A DNA stretch of 58,139 nucleotides from assembly GCA_017467015.1 (NCBI GenBank), contig JAFTTA010000204.1, positions 1-58,139 of the forward strand. Reading direction: 5' to 3'. The stretch is from Bacteroidaceae bacterium (GTDB lineage Bacteria > Bacteroidota > Bacteroidia > Bacteroidales > Bacteroidaceae). Under the pieces are notes generated by a model. That model had not been told where the DNA came from. It saw only the letters and a list, made by a program, of their open reading frames with translations, and ran no database searches. The translations under genes and the position numbers were made by a program. Below are positions 8,545 through 18,700 of the stretch, one piece after another; within the stretch, counting starts at the first letter, position 1; each line of letters opens with the position of its first letter.

Positions 8545-10239
8545 ATGACAGAATTTTTTATTAATATGTTTGAGGGTAACCCCGCTCAATGGGGTGGAGG
8601 CGTTGCCCACTCTGTTCTCATTTTGTCGTTGGTCATAGCCTTTGGTGTTATGTTGGGCAAGATAAAGGTTGCCGGAGTATCGTTTGGTGTTACATGGATT
8701 CTTTTTGTGGGAATATTGTTTGGACACTTCGGATTCAATATTAACGAGCATCTGATTCATTTTATGAAAGAGTTCGGACTGATACTCTTTGTCTACTCTG
8801 TTGGTTTACAAGTTGGTCCGGGCTTTTTCTCTGCTTTTCGCAAAGGTGGGCTTTCGCTCAATATGGTAGCTGTTACGGTGGTTGTTTTAGGTGTGTTGCT
8901 TACGGTTACCTTGCACTACGTAACCGGTCTGCCCATTACCACGATGGTTGGAATATTGTCGGGCGCAGTGACAAATACCCCCGGGTTGGGTGCTGCACAG
9001 CAGGCAAACAGCGACCTTGCAGGTGTGGCTGCACCCGAGATTGCAATGGCATATGCTGTAGCATATCCATTGGGTGTTATAGGTTGTATTCTTGCCTTGT
9101 TGTTCATGCGCTATCTGTTTCGTGTGAATGTAAGTAACGAGGAACAGGAGGCTAAATGTGTCGGCGGAGGCGGTGGCGGCGAACAGGCAGTGCGCCCCTT
9201 TTCGCTTCTTATAAAGAATGCTGCTGTTGATGGCAAGAGACTCTCCGAGATTGAACCTTTGCTTCATTGCCGTTTCGTGGTGTCACGCATCTGCGTGGGT
9301 GGAGTACCCGAAAATATCATACCTGCTACGGCAGATAGTGTTCTGCATGTAGGCGACAAGGTGTTGGTAATCACCCGTCCTGTGGATGCTTCTATTATCA
9401 CCATGTTTTTGGGTGAGGAGTGCGAAATGAAGTGGGAGACACCCGATACAAAACTCATCTCGCGCCGTGTGCTTATAACTAAACCCGAACTTAATGGTAA
9501 AATGCTCTCTTCGTTGAAGATACGTAACAATTTTGGTGTAAATATCACCCGCGTCAATCGTTCGGGTGTCGACTTGGTCGCTAATCCTCACTTGCGTTTA
9601 CAGATGGGCGACCGTGTAACTATTGTGGGCAGTGAACTTGCCATAGGGCATGTCGAGAAGGTGCTGGGTAACTCATTGAAGCGTCTCGACCATCCCAACC
9701 TCATTCCTATATTCATAGGCATCGCACTTGGTTGTCTGTTGGGCAGCATACCATTTGTTTTCCCCGGTATACCCCAGCCTGTGAAGTTAGGCCTTGCCGG
9801 TGGACCTCTTATTGTGGCTATTCTTGTCAGTCGTTTCGGTCCCAACTATAAGCTGGTGACATATACTACCATGAGTGCCAATCTTATGATACGTGAGATA
9901 GGTATATCTCTTTTCCTTGCATGTGTGGGACTGGGTGCGGGTGAAGGCTTTGTCGATACGGTTGTCAATGGTGGAGGCTATGTGTGGATAGGTTATGGCG
10001 TGCTTATCACGGTTCTTCCACTGTTAATAGCCGGTTTTGTTGGTCGCCGTTTCTTCCGACTTAACTATTTTACATTGATAGGCGTACTCTCCGGCTCAAT
10101 GACTAATCCTCCGGCTCTTGCATATTCCAATGAGCAGACAAGCAGCGACGCTCCGGCAGTGGGTTATGCCACCGTATATCCGTTGACAATGTTTTTGCGT
10201 GTGTTGTCGGCGCAGTTGCTTATTATTTTCTTTATTTAA
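8545..10239 (+). CDS. YidE/YbjL-type (AAE family) putative transporter with two central TrkA-C/RCK_C-like domains
   Basis: Two multi-helix hydrophobic halves flank two soluble repeats of about 80 aa (..GKRLSEIE..VLVITRP.. and ..GKMLSSLK..VTIVGSE..). The ATG at 8545 (MTEFFINMFEG) is preferred over the TTG at 8530. Confidence 0.8.
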   Translation: MTEFFINMFEGNPAQWGGGVAHSVLILSLVIAFGVMLGKIKVAGVSFGVTWILFVGILFGHFGFNINEHLIHFMKEFGLILFVYSVGLQVGPGFFSAFRKGGLSLNMVAVTVVVLGVLLTVTLHYVTGLPITTMVGILSGAVTNTPGLGAAQQANSDLAGVAAPEIAMAYAVAYPLGVIGCILALLFMRYLFRVNVSNEEQEAKCVGGGGGGEQAVRPFSLLIKNAAVDGKRLSEIEPLLHCRFVVSRICVGGVPENIIPATADSVLHVGDKVLVITRPVDASIITMFLGEECEMKWETPDTKLISRRVLITKPELNGKMLSSLKIRNNFGVNITRVNRSGVDLVANPHLRLQMGDRVTIVGSELAIGHVEKVLGNSLKRLDHPNLIPIFIGIALGCLLGSIPFVFPGIPQPVKLGLAGGPLIVAILVSRFGPNYKLVTYTTMSANLMIREIGISLFLACVGLGAGEGFVDTVVNGGGYVWIGYGVLITVLPLLIAGFVGRRFFRLNYFTLIGVLSGSMTNPPALAYSNEQTSSDAPAVGYATVYPLTMFLRVLSAQLLIIFFI

Positions 10240-11153
10240 GGTTTTATGTTTGATGCTTCTATGTTGCGCATCAGCTGCCGGTAGCCGCAACGCTGTACGG
10301 CACTATCTGTGAACAACTTATCGAACTGTTCCCGGGTGAGGTTGCGCCATTCTTGTGGTTGCATGGCAAGTAATTGCTCACTCACAGCAAATGCTTTTTC
10401 CTCTGTGGGTGTGGCAAATTTGTTGTGCGGACATGCTTTTTGACATCTGTCGCACCCGTAAAAGCACTCTTGCAGGAGTGTGCCTATGTCATCAGATAAC
10501 TCACCGCGATATTCGATTGTTTTATAAGAGAGGCATCGACGTGCATCTATCCCTGTGGGGCTAAGTGCTCCTGTGGGGCAGCTATCTATGCAGGCGTTGC
10601 AGTTGCCGCAATGGTTTTTATCAAAAGGAGTGTCGTAGCTTAGTTCGGTGTCTATTAGCAGTTCGCCGAGAAAAATGTGCGTACCTGTATGTGGAATTAT
10701 AAGTTGTCTGTTTTTGCCGCACCATCCTATGCCTGCCTGTACAGCCCAATAGCGCTCGAGTACAGGCGCCGAGTCGCAAAAGGCGCGTCCGGTTGTCGGG
10801 GTCAGACTATCAATGTATTGCAGCAGTCTGTAGAGTTTGTCTTTTACCACACGATGATAGTCCTTGCCTTGTGCGTATCGTGAGAGGTGTGGGGTCGATT
10901 TCTCGGGGTAATAGTTCTGTGCAACAACCACAATGCTTTTGCATCCTTCGACAAGTAGAGTGGGGTTCATGCGTTTCTCCAAATTCCCTGCCATGTACGA
11001 CATTGTGCCATGAGCTTCCGATGCTATCCATGCTTCAAACTCCTCTCGCACAGAGGTGGCTACCTCTTCGGCACGTGCTATGCCACATGCAGTGAAACCA
11101 AGTTCCGTTGCACGTTGCTTGATTAGTGCCGACAGCTCTTCTTTATCAATCAT
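10236..11153 (-). CDS. queG: tRNA epoxyqueuosine(34) reductase
   Basis: 305 aa with ferredoxin-type motifs CGNCNACIDSCPTGAL and CDRCQKACPHN and a HEAT-like C-terminus. 4-nt convergent overlap with the transporter stop codon. Confidence 0.85.
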   Translation of the reverse strand: MIDKEELSALIKQRATELGFTACGIARAEEVATSVREEFEAWIASEAHGTMSYMAGNLEKRMNPTLLVEGCKSIVVVAQNYYPEKSTPHLSRYAQGKDYHRVVKDKLYRLLQYIDSLTPTTGRAFCDSAPVLERYWAVQAGIGWCGKNRQLIIPHTGTHIFLGELLIDTELSYDTPFDKNHCGNCNACIDSCPTGALSPTGIDARRCLSYKTIEYRGELSDDIGTLLQECFYGCDRCQKACPHNKFATPTEEKAFAVSEQLLAMQPQEWRNLTREQFDKLFTDSAVQRCGYRQLMRNIEASNIKP

Positions 11154-11761
11154 TCTATTACTTTGAAACTATATCCCTGTTCCAGCAGCCAATCTATAGA
11201 GCGTGGCAGAGCATATTTCAGGTTCGAGTAGGAACGCATGGAGTCGTGGAAGGTGATGATGGAACCGTTCCTGACGTAGCGCTTGATGTTTGCAAGCACG
11301 TCCTCGCCGTAGAGGCGGAAACTGTAGTCGCGTGTAACAAGATCCCACATGACTATTTTGTAGCGTTTACTCAGTTCGTTGTATTGTCTGCCACGTATTA
11401 TGCCGTGTGGTGGTCTGAACAGGTTGCTATGCAGAAATGCGTCGGCTCTGTCTACGTTGTCGATGTATTTTTTTGTGCTTGTGAAAAGCCCTTGAAGGTG
11501 GTTGAACGTATGGTTGCCTATGCGGTGTCCGCCTTCGACAACCATACGATATTCCTCGGGGAATTTGTGCACATTGTCGCCAACCATGAAGAATGTGGCT
11601 TTTATATTGTATCTGTCCAAATGTCCCAATACCCATGGAGTAACCTCGGGTATGGGGCCATCGTCAAAGGTCAGGTACACCGCTTTTTCATCCGGATTCA
11701 TTCTCCAGATGGCCTTGGGGTAAAGGTTGCGGAAAAACGGTGGTACCTGTTCTATGAACAT
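11150..11761 (-). CDS. Polysaccharide deacetylase (NodB homology domain)
   Basis: 203 aa with LTFDDGP and GNHTFNH motifs. 4-nt overlap with the queG start. Confidence 0.85.
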   Translation of the reverse strand: MFIEQVPPFFRNLYPKAIWRMNPDEKAVYLTFDDGPIPEVTPWVLGHLDRYNIKATFFMVGDNVHKFPEEYRMVVEGGHRIGNHTFNHLQGLFTSTKKYIDNVDRADAFLHSNLFRPPHGIIRGRQYNELSKRYKIVMWDLVTRDYSFRLYGEDVLANIKRYVRNGSIITFHDSMRSYSNLKYALPRSIDWLLEQGYSFKVIE

Positions 11762-11780
11762 ATCTTCGTCTGGTTGGTGT

Positions 11781-14700
11781 TTATGAACGATTTTTGCGCA
11801 GTTTCAGCTTCTCGAAGTATGTATTGAAAGCAGCTATGTACTTTTCGACTTCTGCCTTGTAAGGTTCGCCACCATCCTCGAGTATGCTTATTGCTGTCTG
11901 AAGCACCTGTAAGCATGTTGTATAGTCGCTTGATATTGCGGCATAGTGACGTTTGCTGAGGCTGTCGTACCATTTAAGGAACTCAAGCTGCTCGTCGGAG
12001 ATAAATCTCATTATCTCAATGGCTCTCTCGTGTTTGCCAAGCTTGATATATGTGTCGGCAATTGAGAATGCACCAAGCTGTGCCTGCTGACGTACCACGC
12101 TTTCGGGGATTACTTTCTCGGCATATTCAAGTACTTTCAGAGCTTTTTCGTTTTTGCCTTCTGAAACGAGGTTCTCGGCAAGTGATGCAAGCAGTACTCT
12201 ATGTGTGTAGACCATGCGCGATATTGTTTCGTCGATGTAGTAGTCTGGGTTTTCGGCAAGACCACCGAACTTGAAGTGGTTCATCACGTTGTCGTACATC
12301 TTATCGGTGTCGATAATAGTCTCATATTTCGTGCTGTAACCGAGTTTCTTCCAGTTGAAAGGGGTGATGCGGTGGGCAAGACCTTCTGTTATGAAGAAAT
12401 CCGACAGTGATGACAAGTAGTTCTCGCTGCCTACGGTGCGTGACATATATAGCGGACGCTCCCAGTTTGCTTCGGCAAGCATCTCCAGCAACATCATGTC
12501 GCCACGCAATAATGCGTCACGTCCCTTTAGTGAAATTTCCATGTATTTGGGCATGCTGTCGCTGTATTCGTGGGGTATTAACATACCCGAACGATGCACT
12601 GCTTCTGCATCAATGGGAATGTAGAGTGTGTCGGTGGGTATCACGTGCATTGCAGGCTCTTTAGAGCGAATCCAATGTTTTATGATGTTTTTCAGTTCAA
12701 ACGGATTTTCACCAAATGCCTTTTTGTATTTTTCGGGGTCTTTGGCATACATAGCCTTGATGCTCTCTTTCAGCTCGGGCTTAATCTCTATCGCTTCATT
12801 GGTGTTGCCGGCGTAATCTATGCGGTCCCATTTAATGGGCAGCGAGGGCGAATCGTATGCCGGACGACGCATTTGGTCGATATACCATGGTGTGTGCAGG
12901 TACGACAGGTTGCAGACACGTGCATCTGTGCGTACACCTTCAACCTCCTGATTGTACCACAAGGGGAATGTGTCGTTGTCGCCACAGGTAAATATTACAG
13001 GATCGTTGCCTTGTGGTATCGAGTACAAGTAGTTCTGACCGAAGTCGCGGCAGGCGTAACGTCCGCTGCGGTCGTGGTCGTCCCATGTCTGCGACACCAT
13101 TTGCAGGGGCACAAGCAGGCAGGCAATGCTTACCGCCGCGCTCGCAATGGCTTTTTTACTCTTTATCCACTCTGTGATTGCTGCTACTCCCATACCAATC
13201 CAGATGGCAAAGGCGTAGAACGAATCGGCATATGCGTAGTCGCGTTCACGAGGCTGATAGGGTGTCTGGTTAAGATAGAGAACAATTGCTATACCTGTCA
13301 TGAAGAAAAGGAAGAATACCACCCAGAACTGACGTATTCCGGCATCGCCTTTTTTGCACTGCCACAGCAGACCCAATATGCCGAGTATCAGTGGTAACGC
13401 AAAGAATACATTACGTCCTTTGTTCTCTTTAAGTACTTTTGGCAGGAACTCTTGGTTACCGACCAAAAGATTGTCTATAAAACTTATACCGGTTATCCAG
13501 TTTCCTCTGTCGAGGTCACCGTGACCTTGTAGGTCGTTCTGGCGTCCAACGAAGTTCCAGAAGAAATATCTCCAGTACATATAGTTCAGCTGGTAGTTAA
13601 GGAAGAATTTAAAGTTTTCCCATTGTGTGGGCATCTTTGCATCCATGTTGTGTCCGGCAACGTTGTATTTTACGGTGCGTCCTTTTATCTTGCTGCCTAC
13701 CCATTTTTCGTATACATTTGTTTGCTGAGGACCGAATGATGCGAATTTGGGGTCGTACATGCGTGGGAACAACATGTTTTGTGCATAGATGTATTCTTTC
13801 TTGTATCCCAACAATTCGTATGAGTCTTTCTCGTTGGGTGTGGCTTTCTCTTTTCTTCCATACTCTGCTGCACCTTCTTTATATGCTGCACGATAGTCTC
13901 TGCCATCTTTTACGTATTTTATTTTTGAGTCGTACGAGTGGCCATAGAAAAGAGGGCGTGTACCGTATTGTTCACGTCCGAGGTATTCGCCAAGGGTGAA
14001 TATGTCCTCGGGTGAGTTTTGGTCCATGGGGGTGTTTGCCGATGAACGTATCACGATGAGTGCATACGAAGAGTATCCTACCATTATCAGCAGCATGCAG
14101 AGCAGCGATGTGTTGAGCATGCGTGTGTTAACAAGTAGTCTGTTTTGCACCTTGCTGAAGAGTACAAATGCCAATATTGCAAGCACAACCAAGCCTATTA
14201 CTACACTTGAAAAACCATGACCATAGAAGGGTATTCCCAACATTCCTACTGTCAGCAGGAAGGCTGTGCCCAGACGTTTGCGGCTTCTGCCTGTTTCGCT
14301 TTCGTATATTGCCCACATGAGTGCGGCAAACATCAGCAGCAGATATACAATGAGACCGCTGTTGAATGGCAGTCCTAGTGTGTTGACGAAGAACAACTCA
14401 AACCAGCCGCCAACTTTTACAACGCCCGGAACGATACCATATAACACTGCAGCTACCAGCACCATAGACAGGGCAAGGGCTATGAGTGAGCCTTTCAGGT
14501 TGGCGTTAGGCGCTTTTCTGTAATAGGCTACCAATACAATAGCGGGGATGCATAGCAGGTTCAGCAGGTGTACACCTATTGATAGTCCCACAAGGTAGGC
14601 AATGAGTATGAGCCATCTGTCGCTGTGAGGCTCGTCGGCATTGTCTTCCCATTTGAGTATCAGCCAGAATACCACGGCGGTGAACAGTGATGAATATCCG

Positions 14701-15137
14701 TAAACCTCGCCCTCGACAGCACTGAACCAATATGTGTCGCTCCATGCGTAAGCAAGTGCACCTACCAGTCCCGAGCCAATGATTGTTATCATTTGTGAGG
14801 TGGTCATCTCAAATGTGCTGCCTACGATGAGTTTGCGCACAAGGTGAGTGATGCTCCAGAAAAGGAACATTATGCCGGCAGCGCTAAGTATGGCAGACAT
14901 TATGTTTACCATCAGTGCCACATTCTCAGGCGATGCAAACAGCGAGAAGAAGTTGGCTGTGAGCATGAAGAATGGTGCGCCGGGTGGGTGTCCAATCTCT
15001 AATTTGTGCCCTGAGAGTATAAACTCGGGGCAGTCCCAGAAGCTTGCGGTGGGTTCCACTGTCAGGCAGTATGTTGCTGTTGCGATGACAAAGCAGAGCC
15101 ATCCGAAGATGTTGTTTACGGTTTTGTAGCTTTTCAT
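11781..15137 (-). CDS. DUF2723-type polytopic membrane glycosyltransferase-like protein with C-terminal TPR-like region
   Basis: About 1118 aa counted from the ATG at 15137 (MKSYKTVNNIFGWLCFV). The ORF-track start at 15266 adds 43 aa lacking signal or TM character. The N-terminal half has many TM helices, with the FWDCPEFI segment typical of DUF2723. The C-terminus is helical-repeat. Confidence 0.75.
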   Translation of the reverse strand: MKSYKTVNNIFGWLCFVIATATYCLTVEPTASFWDCPEFILSGHKLEIGHPPGAPFFMLTANFFSLFASPENVALMVNIMSAILSAAGIMFLFWSITHLVRKLIVGSTFEMTTSQMITIIGSGLVGALAYAWSDTYWFSAVEGEVYGYSSLFTAVVFWLILKWEDNADEPHSDRWLILIAYLVGLSIGVHLLNLLCIPAIVLVAYYRKAPNANLKGSLIALALSMVLVAAVLYGIVPGVVKVGGWFELFFVNTLGLPFNSGLIVYLLLMFAALMWAIYESETGRSRKRLGTAFLLTVGMLGIPFYGHGFSSVVIGLVVLAILAFVLFSKVQNRLLVNTRMLNTSLLCMLLIMVGYSSYALIVIRSSANTPMDQNSPEDIFTLGEYLGREQYGTRPLFYGHSYDSKIKYVKDGRDYRAAYKEGAAEYGRKEKATPNEKDSYELLGYKKEYIYAQNMLFPRMYDPKFASFGPQQTNVYEKWVGSKIKGRTVKYNVAGHNMDAKMPTQWENFKFFLNYQLNYMYWRYFFWNFVGRQNDLQGHGDLDRGNWITGISFIDNLLVGNQEFLPKVLKENKGRNVFFALPLILGILGLLWQCKKGDAGIRQFWVVFFLFFMTGIAIVLYLNQTPYQPRERDYAYADSFYAFAIWIGMGVAAITEWIKSKKAIASAAVSIACLLVPLQMVSQTWDDHDRSGRYACRDFGQNYLYSIPQGNDPVIFTCGDNDTFPLWYNQEVEGVRTDARVCNLSYLHTPWYIDQMRRPAYDSPSLPIKWDRIDYAGNTNEAIEIKPELKESIKAMYAKDPEKYKKAFGENPFELKNIIKHWIRSKEPAMHVIPTDTLYIPIDAEAVHRSGMLIPHEYSDSMPKYMEISLKGRDALLRGDMMLLEMLAEANWERPLYMSRTVGSENYLSSLSDFFITEGLAHRITPFNWKKLGYSTKYETIIDTDKMYDNVMNHFKFGGLAENPDYYIDETISRMVYTHRVLLASLAENLVSEGKNEKALKVLEYAEKVIPESVVRQQAQLGAFSIADTYIKLGKHERAIEIMRFISDEQLEFLKWYDSLSKRHYAAISSDYTTCLQVLQTAISILEDGGEPYKAEVEKYIAAFNTYFEKLKLRKNRS

Positions 15138-15235
15138 ATATGTTTTTTGTAAATTTTTCAACCTGCTTGCACTCTTTGCCGAGTGTCTATTGTGTTGAGT
15201 TTCTTGCCATGTAGGCACAATACACAAAATTTCGG

Positions 15236-15243
15236 CAAATTTA
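15236..15243 (-). promoter_or_regulatory. Possible -7 box for the DUF2723 gene
   Basis: TAAATTTG on the minus strand, about 100 nt upstream of the ATG at 15137. Confidence 0.3.
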
Positions 15244-15573
15244 CTGATAAGGGGCGAAATGAGCAAATAATGTGTACTAAAATATATAAATTCCGGATTA
15301 TCTATAACCTCTCTATGATTGATATATGCTCCTTTTTGACGACGTCGATTAAAGGCTGCGAAATTGAAAATTTTTCAAACGGTAATGGACATAATTATGT
15401 ATCCTATAATGATAGTGAAATAATAAATTGTAGACGATTGTTTTTTTTATCCTAGCTTCTTTGAGAATAAGAGAGCGCTTATTGTTAATGTCTCGTCTTT
15501 CTTAAGGTATATCCCATTGTTAAACAATGTAATAATTTTGTGAAAAAAGATGTTTCCAAATGACTAAAAATGT

Positions 15574-15581
15574 TAACTTTG
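15574..15581 (+). promoter_or_regulatory. Bacteroidota -7 box for the three-gene giant surface-protein operon
   Basis: TAACTTTG lies 125 nt upstream of the ATG at 15706. It is the only exact plus-strand TAnnTTTG match I found in the 568-bp AT-rich intergenic region. Confidence 0.55.
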
Positions 15582-15705
15582 TTGCGAAAAAGGTGTAGTA
15601 CCGGATTAAAGAATGAATGAAGTGGTTGTAATGAATTGAAAACCACTCTTTTAGTGTGGTGTTATGCTTGGTAAACCAAAGAAGTAAAAAATAAATAATA
15701 TTACA

Positions 15706-18700
15706 ATGAAAAAGACCTTTTCAAGCACATTACTTATAAATGTGCTAATAGCGTTATTATGTGTAGAGAATTTATATGCTGAAGCAATCTTGCCATACGG
15801 ACAATTCACAAAAGAGCCTTGGCAAGGAAAATATTATTATGCACTAAACACAGAAGGGGCTGCTGCCGCTGATTGGTATACTTCTGATTTTGACGACGCC
15901 TCTTGGGGTGTAGTCAGCGGACCTATGAATACCTCTCTTTCGAACTACAAGTATGCCGCAACAAAATGGTCCGAAAATTATTCCACCTATTGGGTACGCC
16001 GCAATTTTACATTGACATCCATATCTGACGATGATGTATTTGCAATGTTTTTCATTCATGACGACGAATGTTCTGCATATCTGAATGGTCATCTTGTGTA
16101 TGAAAGCAATAATGTAAATTCAAACACAATCACAACTATTTTGACCGATGAGATGAAAAATTATCTCAAAACAGGTGAAAATGTATTGGCAGTAAAAACC
16201 TGCGACTCAGACGGTGGTGAAGCCTATATGGATTTTGGATTGTATAAATACGACAACGATGGTTGCATCTTCGGAATAACCGATGTAAATGTGGATATAA
16301 CCAACGATACAGAATATCCGTGGTGCGTAGACACTTCAAACCTATGCTCGGTCAACGGAAATAAAGGCAAAGCGAATTCGGTATCTTCAATCTCATTGAC
16401 TTTCGAGTCGGAATACAGAACAGAAATCATGTTTGATTGGTCGTGTTACAATAGTTCCAACCATTCACTGCAATGTTATGTCGATGGCGAGCTAAAGGCT
16501 ACTACCACAAATTCAGACTATTCAACCCCAAGGTTTTATCTCGAAGACGGCAAACACACGGTAACATTCCGCGACACAATAGGCAATTCGACAAGCCTTT
16601 ATAACGACAGTCGTGTCAGAAATTTCAGCGTTAAAGAAATAAAGCCCCTCGAATCGGCAGTGCTCTCACCTGCATCAAAGCAGATAAAATTCGCAAACGA
16701 CGTCACCTACCCATGGATAATAAAAAACGATTATATACAAAACACCAATTATGGTGTGGCAAATTCCATATCAACTTTCCACACCACATTTACCATAGAC
16801 GAAACCTCCAAACTTTCATTTGAACGTTTGGTTGCTCCATATGGCACATATTGGAACTCAACCACTTCTTCATGGGATAGCAACCAAGAATTGCGTACCA
16901 TAATCAACAACGAAACATACATAAGCGATGTCCGTGTCGAAGAATGGAGCAAATTCAGCCTTGTCCTTGAGCCCGGAACATACACCGTTGAATGGAAAGA
17001 CACCATAGCAAACACCACCAGCGATTACTACAGCCGCATTCGTAACATAGAACTCTCTTCGGAATGGCTTGAGGTGGAACTTGCCTCTGCCGGAACACTC
17101 GGTGTGGAAGTTTTGCATAAAGTAGATGTCCTTACAGATATAGACCTATTGAAAATCAGCGGAAAACTCAATGCGGATGATTGGGCAAAAATCAAACAGA
17201 TGAGTAATCTTGTGGCTCTTGACTTAAGCGAAGCAGTGTTTGATACACTCCCTGCAAGTGCATTTGAAAATCTTGCAGTTTTCACAAGTGTGAAACTTCG
17301 CGAAGGTGTGACTACGATTGGTGAAAATGCCTTCCGAGGAACAAATATCAGAAAAATATCTATACCTTCAACAGTTACATCAATAGGAGGGTTCGCATTC
17401 TACCGAACCCCTTTGCTAGAAGTCAATTTTGCAGCAGATTCAAAATTGAGCTTCCTTGGAGAAAACGTGTTTGCATATTGCGAACAGTTGAAAGGCATCG
17501 AATTGCCAAATTCACTCACAGTATTGCCCTCTCAGGCATTCTATGGGTGTAAAAAAATATCCAAACTCGTACTTCCTGCGAAAATAGAAGAGATAGGAAA
17601 CTATTGCTTCTATGGAAACGAAAGTTTGTCAAAACTAATCCTTCCCGAGTCACTGAGAACAATATCTGATTTTGCTTTTGCCGAATTGCATCTTTGCGAC
17701 ACAGTTATCCTGCCTGTGCGTCTTGCAACTTTGGAATATCGTGCTTTTGATAATTGCACCGGTTTGAAATATGTGGAATTACCCTCATACTTAAGCTCCA
17801 TTCAAAGTGTATTCAGTGGCTGCCCGAATATTGCGACCATTGTCTGCAAGGCGGCAACCCCCCTCTCGATTACATACAACGACCCATTCCCTTCTGTAAA
17901 CAAAAGCAATGTTACATTATGTGTACCCTCATTTGCGGTAGTAGACTATAAATTTGACGCATATTGGTATCAATTTGGTGCGATAACCGAAGGAGACGAT
18001 GTGGGATATTGGAAGATAGTCGATAAACTTGCGCTTACAAGCAATCGCCGTATGCAAGGCGCTCCCGACATCGATTTATATTATGGCGGTTCACTCACAG
18101 TCGGAGGCAATGCCCCCATGGAAGTATCAATGTTCAATATGTATATAAATGAAACCAACCCCGGTCAATTGTTGAACAATACAACCGATTTTACAGCCGA
18201 CAGTATAAATATCTATTTCGAGGTAGCTGCCGATATATGGTATTTCATAACCCCCATGTACGATGTTGATTTATCAGAAGTGACGCACAGCAACAATGCC
18301 TCATTCGTGTTCAGATACTACGACAGCGAAAGTCGTGCTGCAAATGGTGCCGGCGGTAGTTGGAAGAATGTAACAGATTCCAAACTTCTTGCAGGACAAG
18401 GATATATCTTCCAATGCAGCAGGCAGGGCGTTGTAACCTTCCCCACAGGAGCAGACGATGCTGTGCAGGCACAATTATTTGCATCTGCGGACATTAATAA
18501 AGCACTCACAGCACATGACGCCGAACTTTCTGCAAACAAAAACTGGAACTATGTAGGTAATCCCTATCCCTCATACTACGATATACATTATATTGACTTT
18601 ACCGCCCCCATCACAGTGTGGACAGGAAATACATACAAAGCATACTCGATAGCCGATGATGAATTGGTGCTTCGCCCGATGCAGTCGTTCTTTGTTCAGA

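Noticed and set aside
9163-9180. GGC/GGA/GGT run encoding GGGGGG in the transporter linker
   Set aside because: It is a short, imperfect repeat in an inter-domain loop, so there is no reason to expect it to matter functionally.
11126-11827. 233-aa plus-strand ORF overlapping the deacetylase gene
   Set aside because: It is antisense to a CDS with clear NodB motifs. It has no signal peptide or motif and spans a gene boundary.
12594-13397. 267-aa plus-strand ORF, plus smaller ones at 12050-12816, inside the DUF2723 gene
   Set aside because: These are antisense shadow ORFs. They are Cys/Arg/Val-rich with no motif, while the minus-strand frame is continuous for more than 1100 codons with a clear membrane-protein pattern.
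15183-15455. 90-aa ORF in the long intergenic region
   Set aside because: It has a non-ATG start and an AT-rich, low-complexity translation (many I/N/F/K). No promoter box lies upstream. The region is more plausibly regulatory DNA.
15138-15705. Invertible (phase-variable) promoter or sigma-54 promoter controlling the giant operons; also checked at 57111-57345
   Set aside because: There are no long flanking inverted repeats and no nearby recombinase gene. I found no TGGCAC-N5-TTGC match on either strand in either control region, despite rpoN being in the window.
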